Of a DNA stretch of 40,696 bases, positions 16,191 through 25,727 are shown piece after piece. Made by a program: the position numbers and the translations under genes. The DNA comes from a virus. Its lineage: Duplodnaviria > Caudoviricetes. The notes below the pieces were generated by a model. It worked only from the letters and a program-made list of their open reading frames with translations. It searched no databases and was not told the origin of the DNA. Within the stretch, counting starts at the first letter, position 1. Each line of letters begins with the position of its first letter. The stretch is taken from the IMG/VR virus record IMGVR_UViG_3300046063_000041, positions 1 to 40,696 of that record; one strand, 5' to 3'.

Positions 16191-17523
16191 AGCGTCCACA
16201 CAAGACGAGGTGACCCCTGAAGAGTGGCGTAAGTTCGTCCTGGACTTTCGGGACGTGCTGCAGAAATACAGCCCTGCGGAGCGCCAGCAGATCGTGCAGG
16301 AGATTGGAGATGAAGAGGTAGCGCGACGCCTCGCCCAGGATCCGTACTGGCTTGCGCGGCCAAAGCAGCTGGAGGTGCTCACGTCGGAGGCTGACACGGT
16401 GATGGCGATGGCCGGGCGTGGGTGGGGCAAAAATTTCATCGGCTCGCATTGGGTGATTCAAAAGGCGCGCAGCGGCGACCACGAGCATATCGCTATCGTC
16501 GGCGAGTCAGCTGCGGATGTGCGGGACTACATGGTGGAGGGGCCGTCTGGTATTCTCACTGTGGCCCCGAGCGAGTTCACGCCGGAGTACATGCCGAGTA
16601 AGCGGCGCCTGCGGTTCCCGAATGGGTGTCGTATCACGACCTACAGCGGGGACAAGCCGGACCAACTTCGCGGCTTCTCGGGGTCGGCGATGTGGATTGA
16701 TGAGCTTGCGAAGTACCAATACGCCAGCGACATCTGGGACGGCGTAGGGTACACGCTTCGTGAGGGCGATGAGCAGCAGCTCCTTATCACGACGACCCCG
16801 CGCCCGATTGAGGCCATTCAAGACCTCGTAGATGACGAGTCGGTCCATGTGGTGCGCGGGACCAGCCTTGAGAACGAGGCCAACCTTGGTGGCCGAATGC
16901 TCCGCAAGATTCGCAAGGTGGAGGGCACACGTCTCGGCCGGCAGGAAGTGGGGGGCGAAATTATTGACGCGCATCCTGGGGCTCTTTGGTCCCATGACGA
17001 CTTCCATCGGGTGAAGGCGGCGCCCGACCTAGTGCGCGTCGTAGTCGGCGTGGACCCGAGTGGCGGCGGAGATGACATCGGTATCGGGGCAGCTGGCATT
17101 GCTAATGACGGGCGGGTGTACGTGCTTTCTGACGATACGATGAACGGCAGCCCGAACGCATGGGCTACTCAAACGAAGCGTACCTACGAACGGCATGAGG
17201 CCGACCTAATCGTCGCCGAGCGCAACTTCGGGGGCGACATGGTGCAGTCCAACATTCGCTCTGTGGACGACATGCTTCCTGTTGAAATGGTGAGCGCAAG
17301 CCGCGGCAAGCAACAGCGGGCCGAGCCAGTGCAGAATCTCTACGAGCAGGGGCGGGTGCTGCATATAGGTACTCTGCCAGAGCTTGAAGACGAGATGACA
17401 CAGTGGGACCCAGAAGAATCCGACTGGAGCCCCAACCGCATGGACTGGGCGGTGTGGGCTCTAACCGAACTGACGCTTGAGGGTGGGCCTCAATTCGGCG
17501 GCGGCTTCACGCAAACCCGATAG
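16183..17523 (+). CDS. terL: Terminase large subunit
   Basis: AGRGWGK Walker A, WIDE Walker B, TTTP coupling motif, VGVDPS nuclease, NRMDWAVWAL. Confidence 0.95.
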   Translation: MIEASTQDEVTPEEWRKFVLDFRDVLQKYSPAERQQIVQEIGDEEVARRLAQDPYWLARPKQLEVLTSEADTVMAMAGRGWGKNFIGSHWVIQKARSGDHEHIAIVGESAADVRDYMVEGPSGILTVAPSEFTPEYMPSKRRLRFPNGCRITTYSGDKPDQLRGFSGSAMWIDELAKYQYASDIWDGVGYTLREGDEQQLLITTTPRPIEAIQDLVDDESVHVVRGTSLENEANLGGRMLRKIRKVEGTRLGRQEVGGEIIDAHPGALWSHDDFHRVKAAPDLVRVVVGVDPSGGGDDIGIGAAGIANDGRVYVLSDDTMNGSPNAWATQTKRTYERHEADLIVAERNFGGDMVQSNIRSVDDMLPVEMVSASRGKQQRAEPVQNLYEQGRVLHIGTLPELEDEMTQWDPEESDWSPNRMDWAVWALTELTLEGGPQFGGGFTQTR

Positions 17524-17530
17524 ACTTGCT

Positions 17531-19003
17531 ATGGAACTGAACGGAAGTGCAGAATCGGTCACCGACTCGTATACGGGCGTCACTGTGGACGCGCCTGCGC
17601 CCAATGCAGATCGCTCAACGCCCAATGCAGGCGACCTTGTTCGGCAGGCGGATCAGAAGCTAGAGGCGGCTCTCCCCAGCGGCGTGGAACTCAGCCATGT
17701 CCGCGGGGCTCGCTACCCGACGGCCGCCCAGGCTGGCGATTTGGACGGCGTGCCGACGCGGCACCCGATCTTGCAGATCACCCGCCACCGGTACGGCCAC
17801 GGCCACTTCAAGGAGCTACAGCTGATCGTCTATCACGTGATGCGACGGTACGTGCCGACCCTCGACTCAGCAATCGGAAACCGCCGAATGCTGGAGGGGG
17901 AGCTCAGGGTTGAGTCTGACGACGACGGGCTTAAGGATGCAATTGAGGGTTTCATTCAGTCGGTGAGCGTCGGCTACTCGTCAGACGCGCCCCAGAAGGG
18001 GCTAGACACGTACCTCGACCTGCTCTCTGACAAGGCCGACGAGTACGGATTAGCCGCTGGCGAAACGCGTATCGACGGGTCAAGCATTGAGCGCCTGGTC
18101 GTGCCGAACCCGCGCACGCTCACGCTGGAAGATCGCGATGGGGACGGGTTGGATGAGCTTTATCAGACGCAACGCTCCCGCGGTCCGGATACCCAGCAAC
18201 GCCGCATCGGCAACTCTGATCGCGTCCACACGCTTACCTTCAGCCAGCCCACCGAGGAAGGGTGGCCCCGACCGATGGCGTGGTCACTGGTGACACAGAC
18301 CGAAGCGGTGCTCCGAATGTACGAGGCCGTGGCGAACGGGTGGTACCGTTTCGGGGACCCGTCGATGCTCTTCACAGAGGAGTACGAGAAGGATAGTAAC
18401 CCACCGGTCAGCAGCGAGGACGGAGATCAAGTTCCCACCTCCATCCAGTCGCTCGCCGGGCAGGTGGCCGACGTGATGGCGAAGCGGAAGAAAGGAAAGA
18501 CGGCCGATGCCTTTCACTCCGTGAAGGGCGCGTCCGTGGACGCCGAGGTGATCGGGAACGTGGACGCAAGCCTGATGCAGCATTTTGGGGATCACCAATC
18601 GAGATATAACGGGCTTGTCGTCGCGGCCTCACAGACGCCCAGATGGATGTATCCGAATCTGGAGCTGAGCGGGGACGGCATGAACGCGAGTCGAGCCGAA
18701 AACGAAAACAGCCTCGCGGCAGAGGCGGCCAAGAAGCGGGACCGTCGTCGGCTTCGGATCGCACGGGACGTGATCGACCGGTATCTTACTCTGCAGGGCG
18801 ATGCGCGCTTTACCAGTCGCTACGAGCTGAAGTGGAACCGGCAGTCGCTTGCCAACCGGAAGCTGGAGGCAGAGGCGCGGAAGCTGGAGGCCGAGGGCGA
18901 TGCGCAGCACATCAAGAACGCGAATGTCCTCTACAACAGCCAAGACGAGCGTCGATTTGGGGGTGACGCAGAGACGCACCTTGAAGAGCGCGGCGTGTAC
19001 TGA
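17531..19003 (+). CDS. Portal protein
   Basis: 490 aa, directly after TerL. Confidence 0.75.
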   Translation: MELNGSAESVTDSYTGVTVDAPAPNADRSTPNAGDLVRQADQKLEAALPSGVELSHVRGARYPTAAQAGDLDGVPTRHPILQITRHRYGHGHFKELQLIVYHVMRRYVPTLDSAIGNRRMLEGELRVESDDDGLKDAIEGFIQSVSVGYSSDAPQKGLDTYLDLLSDKADEYGLAAGETRIDGSSIERLVVPNPRTLTLEDRDGDGLDELYQTQRSRGPDTQQRRIGNSDRVHTLTFSQPTEEGWPRPMAWSLVTQTEAVLRMYEAVANGWYRFGDPSMLFTEEYEKDSNPPVSSEDGDQVPTSIQSLAGQVADVMAKRKKGKTADAFHSVKGASVDAEVIGNVDASLMQHFGDHQSRYNGLVVAASQTPRWMYPNLELSGDGMNASRAENENSLAAEAAKKRDRRRLRIARDVIDRYLTLQGDARFTSRYELKWNRQSLANRKLEAEARKLEAEGDAQHIKNANVLYNSQDERRFGGDAETHLEERGVY

Positions 19004-19914
19004 TGCCCGATTCGCAGCCGACAAAATCCGATTTAGAAGAGGAGTTCCAGCTCCTTCGTGGCGCCGTGTCGGAGTATCCCGAATTGCGTCCGATCGTGGA
19101 GAACCTGCCGGACGAAGTGCCCGACCCGCAGCGGGCCAGCGGATCGGAGTCGGACCAACCAGAAAATCTCGTGGTGACGCCATCTGGGGACTTGGCCCGT
19201 GAGGGTCACCAGCACGAGGTCGCGGCTGTGCCAGGTGGGGCGCCCAGCCTAGAGTTTCGGGGCCGCGGCGGCCTTCAGCTGAATCGATGGCGCCTCTCGC
19301 TCACCGAGAAGCGGGAGGCGTTGCAGGCCCGGCAGGAGATCTTTCAAAATCGTGCTCGCGACCTCAATGTGCAGCTCAAGCAGGGCCGTATTCAGCCGGA
19401 TGAATGGTTTCGCCGGATGCGCGGAGAGATTCGGAACCTGCACACGAGCGCGTACGGCATCGGTTACAGCGGAAAGTTTGACGAGATGGGCCTCCAGGAT
19501 TATGGGACCATTGGCAACACGGTGCAGCGGCAGTACCGGTTTTTGCAGAAGTGGAAGACGGAGATCCGCAGTGAGGGGCTGAACTCCTTCTCGCTGGCGA
19601 GGCTGAACGACCGGGCGCAGAAGTATGGGGCGGCCTCGCGGGAGTCTTTCGAAAAGGGCTATGGTGCGGAGGTGAGCATCGACACGAGCGTGCTCCCGGC
19701 TCACCCTGGCGATGGGCGGTCTATCTGTAGAACACGTTGCCGGTGCCGGTGGGCAATCAACATCCTCTCAAAAAAGAACGGCGACTTCAACTGCACCTGG
19801 ACGCTCGGGGACTCTGAGCACTGCGCTACCTGTCTCTCCAGAGCGATGGAGTGGGTACAACTGGAGGTGCGGGGCAACCAGCTTCGATCTGACCCAGAGC
19901 CGATTTTCGCGTAG
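19003..19914 (+). CDS. Head morphogenesis / minor capsid (MuF-like) protein
   Basis: After portal; PGDG..C...CRCRW and HCATC motifs. Confidence 0.65.
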   Translation: MPDSQPTKSDLEEEFQLLRGAVSEYPELRPIVENLPDEVPDPQRASGSESDQPENLVVTPSGDLAREGHQHEVAAVPGGAPSLEFRGRGGLQLNRWRLSLTEKREALQARQEIFQNRARDLNVQLKQGRIQPDEWFRRMRGEIRNLHTSAYGIGYSGKFDEMGLQDYGTIGNTVQRQYRFLQKWKTEIRSEGLNSFSLARLNDRAQKYGAASRESFEKGYGAEVSIDTSVLPAHPGDGRSICRTRCRCRWAINILSKKNGDFNCTWTLGDSEHCATCLSRAMEWVQLEVRGNQLRSDPEPIFA

Positions 19915-19916
19915 CC

Positions 19917-20135
19917 ATGCCGGATACGCTCACATTTGAGGTGCCGTCGGACGCCCCGGAGCGCGATCTGCGGCGGGTGCGGCAGGAAACTAGGGTGGCC
20001 CGAAGAAATGCGCAGATTCGGCGCAAGTATCCGAAGCTCCGGGATGAACACGGCCGAAAGAAGGCGATGCGCCGACTTGCCAACCGCTACAACTGCTCGC
20101 CTCGAACTGTGGAGCGGGCGGTGTATGGGTGTTAG
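19917..20135 (+). CDS. Small Mor-like HTH DNA-binding protein
   Basis: RRNAQIRRKY...LANRYNCSPRTVERAV. Confidence 0.65.
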   Translation: MPDTLTFEVPSDAPERDLRRVRQETRVARRNAQIRRKYPKLRDEHGRKKAMRRLANRYNCSPRTVERAVYGC

Positions 20136-20344
20136 ACGTCCAGCGAGAGGTCCACGTCCACACCCACGACATGTTCGTTTCCGTCTACCTTCGTGACGGT
20201 TTTGAGCGCGACTGATAAATAGTCTGCTTCAGTCCCCAGCTCCTCGCGTAACTCGTCAAGAGTTTTGCGAACTGCAGATGCGATCTCATCTTCGGCATCC
20301 TGTTTTGCCTTTTTCAGTTCGGAAACTGTAATAGCGTCATCCAT
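20132..20344 (-). CDS. Small antisense accessory protein, weakly GnsA/GnsB-like
   Basis: 70 aa; ELKKAKQDAEDEIASAVRKTLDELREELG pattern; lower GC. Confidence 0.65.
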   Translation of the reverse strand: MDDAITVSELKKAKQDAEDEIASAVRKTLDELREELGTEADYLSVALKTVTKVDGNEHVVGVDVDLSLDV

Positions 20345-20521
20345 GGGCTCAGTGGCTTTTTAAATACTTGGCCGGGTGGTGTCCCAACCCTGTTGCCTCA
20401 AACGGCAGGTGATCAAGTCTGCCTCGGTCTCAGCGGGATTTGAACCCGCGGTCTCGGCCTCGGCTCATGCATGTGTTAAGCACTTGATGGTTCCCCCACG
20501 ATCTGGGGGCAACGTGGCCCG

Positions 20522-20551
20522 CCTCGCCGCAGTTTTAGCGGTGAGGTTTTT
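20522..20551 (+). terminator. Intrinsic terminator-like hairpin within the late region
   Basis: CCTCGCCGC/GCGGTGAGG stem + T5. Confidence 0.55.
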
Positions 20552-20671
20552 CTGTTGACGCCCGCGTGGTCTATGCCCCAAGGCAAAGTTGGCGAATCGA
20601 AAGTCGAAGGGTGCTCAGCACCCGTTCGCCGCCCGATCGTTTTGCAGTCAACCCCTGACCCTGAGGGTGAG

Positions 20672-21277
20672 GTGGCGAAGCTGCGTCGCCAGCAGGAGGG
20701 CACGCTCACGTTTCGCTCTGCCTCGCAGGCATCGGTGCACGAGCCGACCGACCGGGAGCTCGCGAAGATCAACGAGATCTCCAGCGTGGATCTGTCGGCT
20801 GATGAGGTGGTCGTGTTTGAGGACTTTGCCGCCTCGAACGAGCAGATGGAGAAGCGGCCGATGCGGCTCACGGAGTCAGCCCTGCGCCGGCTGAAAACGC
20901 GCTACCAGCGCGGGCGCCAGTTCCGGGCGGGGCACGACGAGAAGCAGCGCGTGGGCGCGACCTTCGACGCGGAGGTGACCGAGACAGATGTGAACGGCCA
21001 CGATGCCCTCTGGCTGCGGACGAAAAGCTACGCGGTCCGAAACGAGGAGACCACGCCCCAGCGCCGGCAGCTGATTCAAGACATGAAGACGGGCGTGCTG
21101 CAGTACACGTCGATCGGCGCGCAGGGTGGGAGTTGGGACACCGTAGAGCTAGACGGGGAGGGCCGAGACCTCATGATTGAGATTAGCCACGACCCGGCCG
21201 CTGAAAAACCACTGGAGGCGACAGAACTGTCCCGGGTCGACCTCGGGGCCGTGGAAGAAGCACAGGCGATTCGCTAA
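20672..21277 (+). CDS. Prohead maturation protease (HK97-type); start uncertain
   Basis: AGHD, TSIG, ELSRV catalytic-like motifs; GAGG before GTG. Confidence 0.7.
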   Translation: MAKLRRQQEGTLTFRSASQASVHEPTDRELAKINEISSVDLSADEVVVFEDFAASNEQMEKRPMRLTESALRRLKTRYQRGRQFRAGHDEKQRVGATFDAEVTETDVNGHDALWLRTKSYAVRNEETTPQRRQLIQDMKTGVLQYTSIGAQGGSWDTVELDGEGRDLMIEISHDPAAEKPLEATELSRVDLGAVEEAQAIR

Positions 21278-21304
21278 CGACTTATTTAGAACGAGCCTTA
21301 CACC

Positions 21305-21703
21305 ATGACGAAGCTTCAACTGCCAACCGGCGATGCGATTACCCTCTCCGACGACGCCGACGCGGAGGCCGCCCTCGACGCGATCACTGGTTACGCTGAG
21401 GAAGAGGCCGAGCGGGTCGCCCCCGACACCGATGAGCTGGAGGCAAAGCTCAGCCGCAAAGAGGAAAAAATTGAGGAGCTTTCGGCTGCGAAGGAGCTTT
21501 TGGTCGACGAGGTGTGCCGCCGCAAGCAGCTGGCGGAGGAGGAGTTTGATGCCTCTGGCGACCGGGAGAAGGTGGCCGCCCTCTCGGTTGACGAGCTCGA
21601 AAACCAACTGGATGGCCTTGATCCTGCCCCGGACGCCGAGAACATCACCACCGGAGACGAGCCGACCGGCGAGGGCGTCTATGACTTCGCCGCGACGCAG
21701 TAG
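21305..21703 (+). CDS. Scaffolding protein
   Basis: Very acidic coiled coil between protease and capsid genes. Confidence 0.65.
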   Translation: MTKLQLPTGDAITLSDDADAEAALDAITGYAEEEAERVAPDTDELEAKLSRKEEKIEELSAAKELLVDEVCRRKQLAEEEFDASGDREKVAALSVDELENQLDGLDPAPDAENITTGDEPTGEGVYDFAATQ

Positions 21704-21750
21704 CTTCCTGCTAACGTTCATTACGCTTCTACTGACAGACTTTTATACCC

Positions 21751-22119
21751 ATGGGCGCTGCATACGAGCACCTCAAGGCCGACTACGGCCTTTGCGACAC
21801 CATTCCGTTCGACAACAGCACCGGCTCGGCGGTGGACGGTGGCACGATCCAAGAAGTCAACGCCAAGGTCGGCATTGTCTACGACGACGTCGACGACGGG
21901 GAGAGCACGCCGCTTCTGACGGGCGTGCCCACCCCCGGCATCATGGTGCCGAAGACCTCCGGGGAGGCGCAGTCGAAGGGCGAGACGCTCTACTTCGACT
22001 CGACTAACACCGAGTTCACTACGACAGTCGCCAACGGTATTGAGGCGGGCTACGTCTACGCCGATGCGGCGTCCTCTGACGACCGCGTGCAGGCCGTGCT
22101 GCTCGACTTCAACGTGTAA
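21751..22119 (+). CDS. Capsid cement/decoration protein (DUF2190-like)
   Basis: VPKTSGEAQSKGETLYFD...AGYVYADAASSD pattern; before the major capsid gene. Confidence 0.75.
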   Translation: MGAAYEHLKADYGLCDTIPFDNSTGSAVDGGTIQEVNAKVGIVYDDVDDGESTPLLTGVPTPGIMVPKTSGEAQSKGETLYFDSTNTEFTTTVANGIEAGYVYADAASSDDRVQAVLLDFNV

Positions 22120-22168
22120 TTCGCGGCGCTGACCATACTTTGAACTGACACAATAGGGCATCACCGCT

Positions 22169-23359
22169 ATGCTAGAGTTTACCGATCCGCTTCACATTCC
22201 ATACCGGCGCCGCGCCAACCCGCAGGAGGCCGCCGAGCTTGGGCGCCCCGGCAATCCAGACGCCCCGGCTCAGTCGCCCTCCTCGCTCGGGGACCCGCAG
22301 CGGCAGGTAGTCCTCACGGATAACCGTCTTACACAGCGCGAGATCATGGCTGGAATGACGACCGACGATCCGGCCCAGCGCGCCGCGGCGCTCAACGCGA
22401 TCCGCGACACTGCGCAGGTGGTTGGCGACCTCGTGACCGGCAACACGACTGTGCGCCTGTCGGAGTCCGGCCTGTTTCCGCCCGATACGCGGGGCGGGAT
22501 TCCGACTGCTGTCTCCATTGGCGACGAGGAGCGGGAGCAGGTGGACACCCGCTGGACCGGCCTCTTTGACGGCTCCGACAACCGGCAGCAGACCGACAAT
22601 CTCCTGTTCCGGATTGAGGACGTCTACCACGCAATCGCGTTTGAACGATACGAGCGCGGGGAGCGGATCCAGATGTCCCACGTCGAGGGCGGGGATGAGA
22701 CCTACGAGGCGTACTACTACGCTGCGGGCCTGCAGTACAACAGCTCGTGGGCGGACTTCAATCCCCACTCGTGGAGCCGCGACGACTCGGTGGCCGCCAT
22801 GCAGCGGCGCTACCTGAGGAAGCAGATGAAGCGCGCCTACGCGGTCTTGACCGACTCGACAGGGCTTACTACCCAGTCGTACGTCGACGACGACGACAGC
22901 GGCAGCGTCTCGGTCCAGAACGACGTGGCGACGATCAACGCCGGGATGAATAACATCCTGTCGGACCTCTTCAACCAAACCTCGCCACAAAGCGGGGAGG
23001 CCATGGAAGAGGTGCCGGACAACCCGCAGTTCGCCCTCCTCTTCAACAACCTCACGCAGGGCTACCGCGAGCGCATTCAGAAGGCGCTTTCCGCCACCTT
23101 CAACGCGACGAACGACGAGCTCGCGGTGGCGGAGCTCGACTTCCCGGTCGAGCCGATCGGCACCCCGCACGTCCCGACCGGTAACTGGTGGCTCGTGATG
23201 CCTGGGCGCAAGAACGTGGCCGCGCAGTTCCGCGACCTGCAGACGTTCGACATTATGGATCCGCGCGTTGTCGGCGTGAACGAAGGCCAGGTCGGCCAAG
23301 GCATCTTCCGCATGGTCCGGGGCGACAACCGGCAGGTGCAGGAGCTTGCCACGAGCTAG
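22169..23359 (+). CDS. Major capsid protein
   Basis: 396 aa, position, strong GC3 codon bias. Confidence 0.75.
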   Translation: MLEFTDPLHIPYRRRANPQEAAELGRPGNPDAPAQSPSSLGDPQRQVVLTDNRLTQREIMAGMTTDDPAQRAAALNAIRDTAQVVGDLVTGNTTVRLSESGLFPPDTRGGIPTAVSIGDEEREQVDTRWTGLFDGSDNRQQTDNLLFRIEDVYHAIAFERYERGERIQMSHVEGGDETYEAYYYAAGLQYNSSWADFNPHSWSRDDSVAAMQRRYLRKQMKRAYAVLTDSTGLTTQSYVDDDDSGSVSVQNDVATINAGMNNILSDLFNQTSPQSGEAMEEVPDNPQFALLFNNLTQGYRERIQKALSATFNATNDELAVAELDFPVEPIGTPHVPTGNWWLVMPGRKNVAAQFRDLQTFDIMDPRVVGVNEGQVGQGIFRMVRGDNRQVQELATS

Positions 23360-23405
23360 TCTTCAGTCACCAGCTAGTTCTCAGTGACACTAACCCAATG
23401 ACCTG

Positions 23406-23804
23406 ATGAGTGGCTTTGCTAGCGATGCTCGCGTACGGGTGTCCATCCGGGGCCTTCCGTTCCCGGCGGGTGTGTCAATCGACGATGGCCCGACCGTGAC
23501 CCCGGGCGGAGTCGAAGTCTCTGGCGAGCAAGCCGAAAAGGTGATCGCGTCCCTCAAAAAGCACCCGCAGGTTGGCGAGGACAACGTTCAGGTAAGCGTC
23601 GTCGAGCCAGGGACAGAAGAGTTCTCCGCTACACTTGAGGACGCGGTCGGCGAGCAGACCGCCGCCGACCTGCGAGAGCAGGTTGACGGCGTAGACACCC
23701 TACAGGACGCGAAGGAGACCCCGAGTGAGCAGCTGCAGGCCGTAAAGGGGGTCGGCGAAAAGACCGTCGAAAAGATTCGGGAGGCAGAGACTGAGGTGCC
23801 CTGA
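23406..23804 (+). CDS. Helix-hairpin-helix domain protein
   Basis: LQAVKGVGEKTVEKI HhH motif. Confidence 0.75.
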   Translation: MSGFASDARVRVSIRGLPFPAGVSIDDGPTVTPGGVEVSGEQAEKVIASLKKHPQVGEDNVQVSVVEPGTEEFSATLEDAVGEQTAADLREQVDGVDTLQDAKETPSEQLQAVKGVGEKTVEKIREAETEVP

Positions 23805-24271
23805 TGGCGTGGCCCAACTTGGAGGTCAAATCCTCGGAGGTCATGGGGCACGCGGAAAATCTGCTCACGGACCGGCAGTCTGGGGGCTTTGACCCAGACC
23901 GCATCACCCGGGAGCGGAAGGACATCGCCCGCGGGCACCTAGAGACAGCCCTCATGCAAAGCGGTGACCTCGCACAATACGTAGACGACGCGGGCGGGCC
24001 GGATGCGCTCTTGGACGAGATGCAGGAGAATGCTACGCTCCGCCCCCGGCTTGAGCAGGGAATCGCACTCGCCTTCCTCGCGAAATTCGCTGGAGACGAC
24101 GCGGTGATTCCCAGCGGTCGCACCGCTGAGCGCGAGAAAGGCTTTCAAGATGAACTGGAGAACTGGGCCGTGGCCTTCGGGCGCATTGCTGCTCAGGTGC
24201 TCGGGTACACAGACACCGCCTCAGAGGGCTTTGGGGGGGGACTTTCGAACACGTACGACCGGTACGACTGA
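23804..24271 (+). CDS. Head-tail adaptor (putative)
   Basis: Helical 155 aa protein in the connector position. Confidence 0.55.
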   Translation: MAWPNLEVKSSEVMGHAENLLTDRQSGGFDPDRITRERKDIARGHLETALMQSGDLAQYVDDAGGPDALLDEMQENATLRPRLEQGIALAFLAKFAGDDAVIPSGRTAEREKGFQDELENWAVAFGRIAAQVLGYTDTASEGFGGGLSNTYDRYD

Positions 24272-24290
24272 CACGGCAGAGATCGCTGCT

Positions 24291-24857
24291 ATGGGACGCC
24301 TTGCCGACATGGTGGAAGAGGCTAAGCGCCGCGCCTTGGAGGGGGCTACGTCCAGCGGCGCGATGGAGAAGGGCGCCCGGATGGCCCGCCGATTCATTCG
24401 CACGCGAACGCGGAAAGGCATAGGCCGACACGGCAATCAGTTTGCGCCCTACGCGCGGAGCACCGCGCAGAGGAAGGGGCGGTTTTCGCCGGTGACGCTG
24501 GAGGAGACCGGCCAGATGCTCCGCTCGCTCTCGATCCGCACCAACGACGATGTGGACTTTGACCCATCCGCAGGACCGGCAGGGGGCGGGCAGTTCCGGA
24601 ATCGAGGCAGCGGACGGTTTGTCGCCCGCGACGAGGTGGCGTTTGGGGCGACAGTGAACCTGAAGGGGAGCCGCAACCGAAAGGTAGGGCGTGCGCACAT
24701 TGAAGCCTGGGGCGACCTGCCCGAGCGCGATTGGTTTGGGGTCACGTCCAACGAGCAGACGCGAATTACAAACGCTGTTGGCAATCGCGTTACAGGTGGC
24801 ATTCGGCGAGAGCTTCCAGAGGATCAGCGGCGGCGCGTTGAGATCCAACTGTTTTAA
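24291..24857 (+). CDS. Neck / virion morphogenesis protein (Mu gpG-like)
   Basis: FAPYARST, LEETGQMLRSL, LPERDWFGV motifs. Confidence 0.75.
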   Translation: MGRLADMVEEAKRRALEGATSSGAMEKGARMARRFIRTRTRKGIGRHGNQFAPYARSTAQRKGRFSPVTLEETGQMLRSLSIRTNDDVDFDPSAGPAGGGQFRNRGSGRFVARDEVAFGATVNLKGSRNRKVGRAHIEAWGDLPERDWFGVTSNEQTRITNAVGNRVTGGIRRELPEDQRRRVEIQLF

Positions 24858-24863
24858 TCAGGC

Positions 24864-25421
24864 ATGAGCTATACGCCGACCAAACACATTATGCGCCGTG
24901 TCGAGGCGGCCTTGGAGTTTGACCTCTTGGGGTCAACGGGCGCGGCTACGGCTGCCCACGACGATGCGAATGGCGGCTTGAATAGCCTTAACCCGAGCGG
25001 CATCGTCGAGAGTGTAAGCCGCTACCTCGTTGACGTGCTGGTTGCAGGCGACGTGTACGCCACCACGCGAGGCACCGGAATCGCGGTCGGGTATTCGTTT
25101 GCGAGCGACCTGCAAGACCGGCCGACCTCACTCACCGAGAACGCGCTTGGGCGCATCGTGGACATTGAGGTGTCCGTGATCGCGGTCATCGACTCGATGG
25201 ACGCCGTGATCGGCTCGGAGCGCGGGGAGCAACTTGACGACATCATGGACGCGGTGAAGCGCATTTTTGGGGCCGGGCGGCGGGACGGCACGAACTTCGG
25301 CGTCCAGACGCAGCACACCGGCGACATCCAAAAGCTGGAGGGGGGCGGTCGGCAGGCCCCGTGGGTGGGACAAACGATCCCGATCAGCTTCCGGCGCAGC
25401 GAGCGTGACCTTCAGACCTAA
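24864..25421 (+). CDS. Tail terminator/completion protein (putative)
   Basis: Position and alpha/beta pattern. Confidence 0.5.
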   Translation: MSYTPTKHIMRRVEAALEFDLLGSTGAATAAHDDANGGLNSLNPSGIVESVSRYLVDVLVAGDVYATTRGTGIAVGYSFASDLQDRPTSLTENALGRIVDIEVSVIAVIDSMDAVIGSERGEQLDDIMDAVKRIFGAGRRDGTNFGVQTQHTGDIQKLEGGGRQAPWVGQTIPISFRRSERDLQT

Positions 25422-25432
25422 CACGGGCCGAT

Positions 25433-25705
25433 ATGCCAGACGAAGAACCCGACACGACTACCACAGAGCCGTCTTCGGAGGACTCTGAAGATGAGACGAG
25501 AGACACGTACACCCCGCGCAAGACGCACGTGCTTCAGATGGAGCAGGAGGCCCCGCACGGCGAGCAGCGGAGTCTCACGTACACGCTGAAGGAGGGGTTT
25601 ACCTACGATGTTGTGGAGGGGGAGGAGGCCGACGAGGCTCTCGGCATTGCGCCAGTCAACAACGTTGCTCAGGTCGTCCGCGCCGAAGCTCTGCCCAATC
25701 ATTAA
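25433..25705 (+). CDS. Hypothetical acidic protein
   Basis: 90 aa ORF in the late operon. Confidence 0.65.
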   Translation: MPDEEPDTTTTEPSSEDSEDETRDTYTPRKTHVLQMEQEAPHGEQRSLTYTLKEGFTYDVVEGEEADEALGIAPVNNVAQVVRAEALPNH

Positions 25706-25727
25706 CTGATAGGATCAGTCTTTTGCC

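Noticed and set aside
20420-20460. Complete third tRNA gene
   Set aside because: Only T arm and variable region present; no matching acceptor 5' strand or D arm
22172-23299. 375-aa antisense ORF over the capsid gene
   Set aside because: Shadow of high GC3 codon bias; no recognisable motifs
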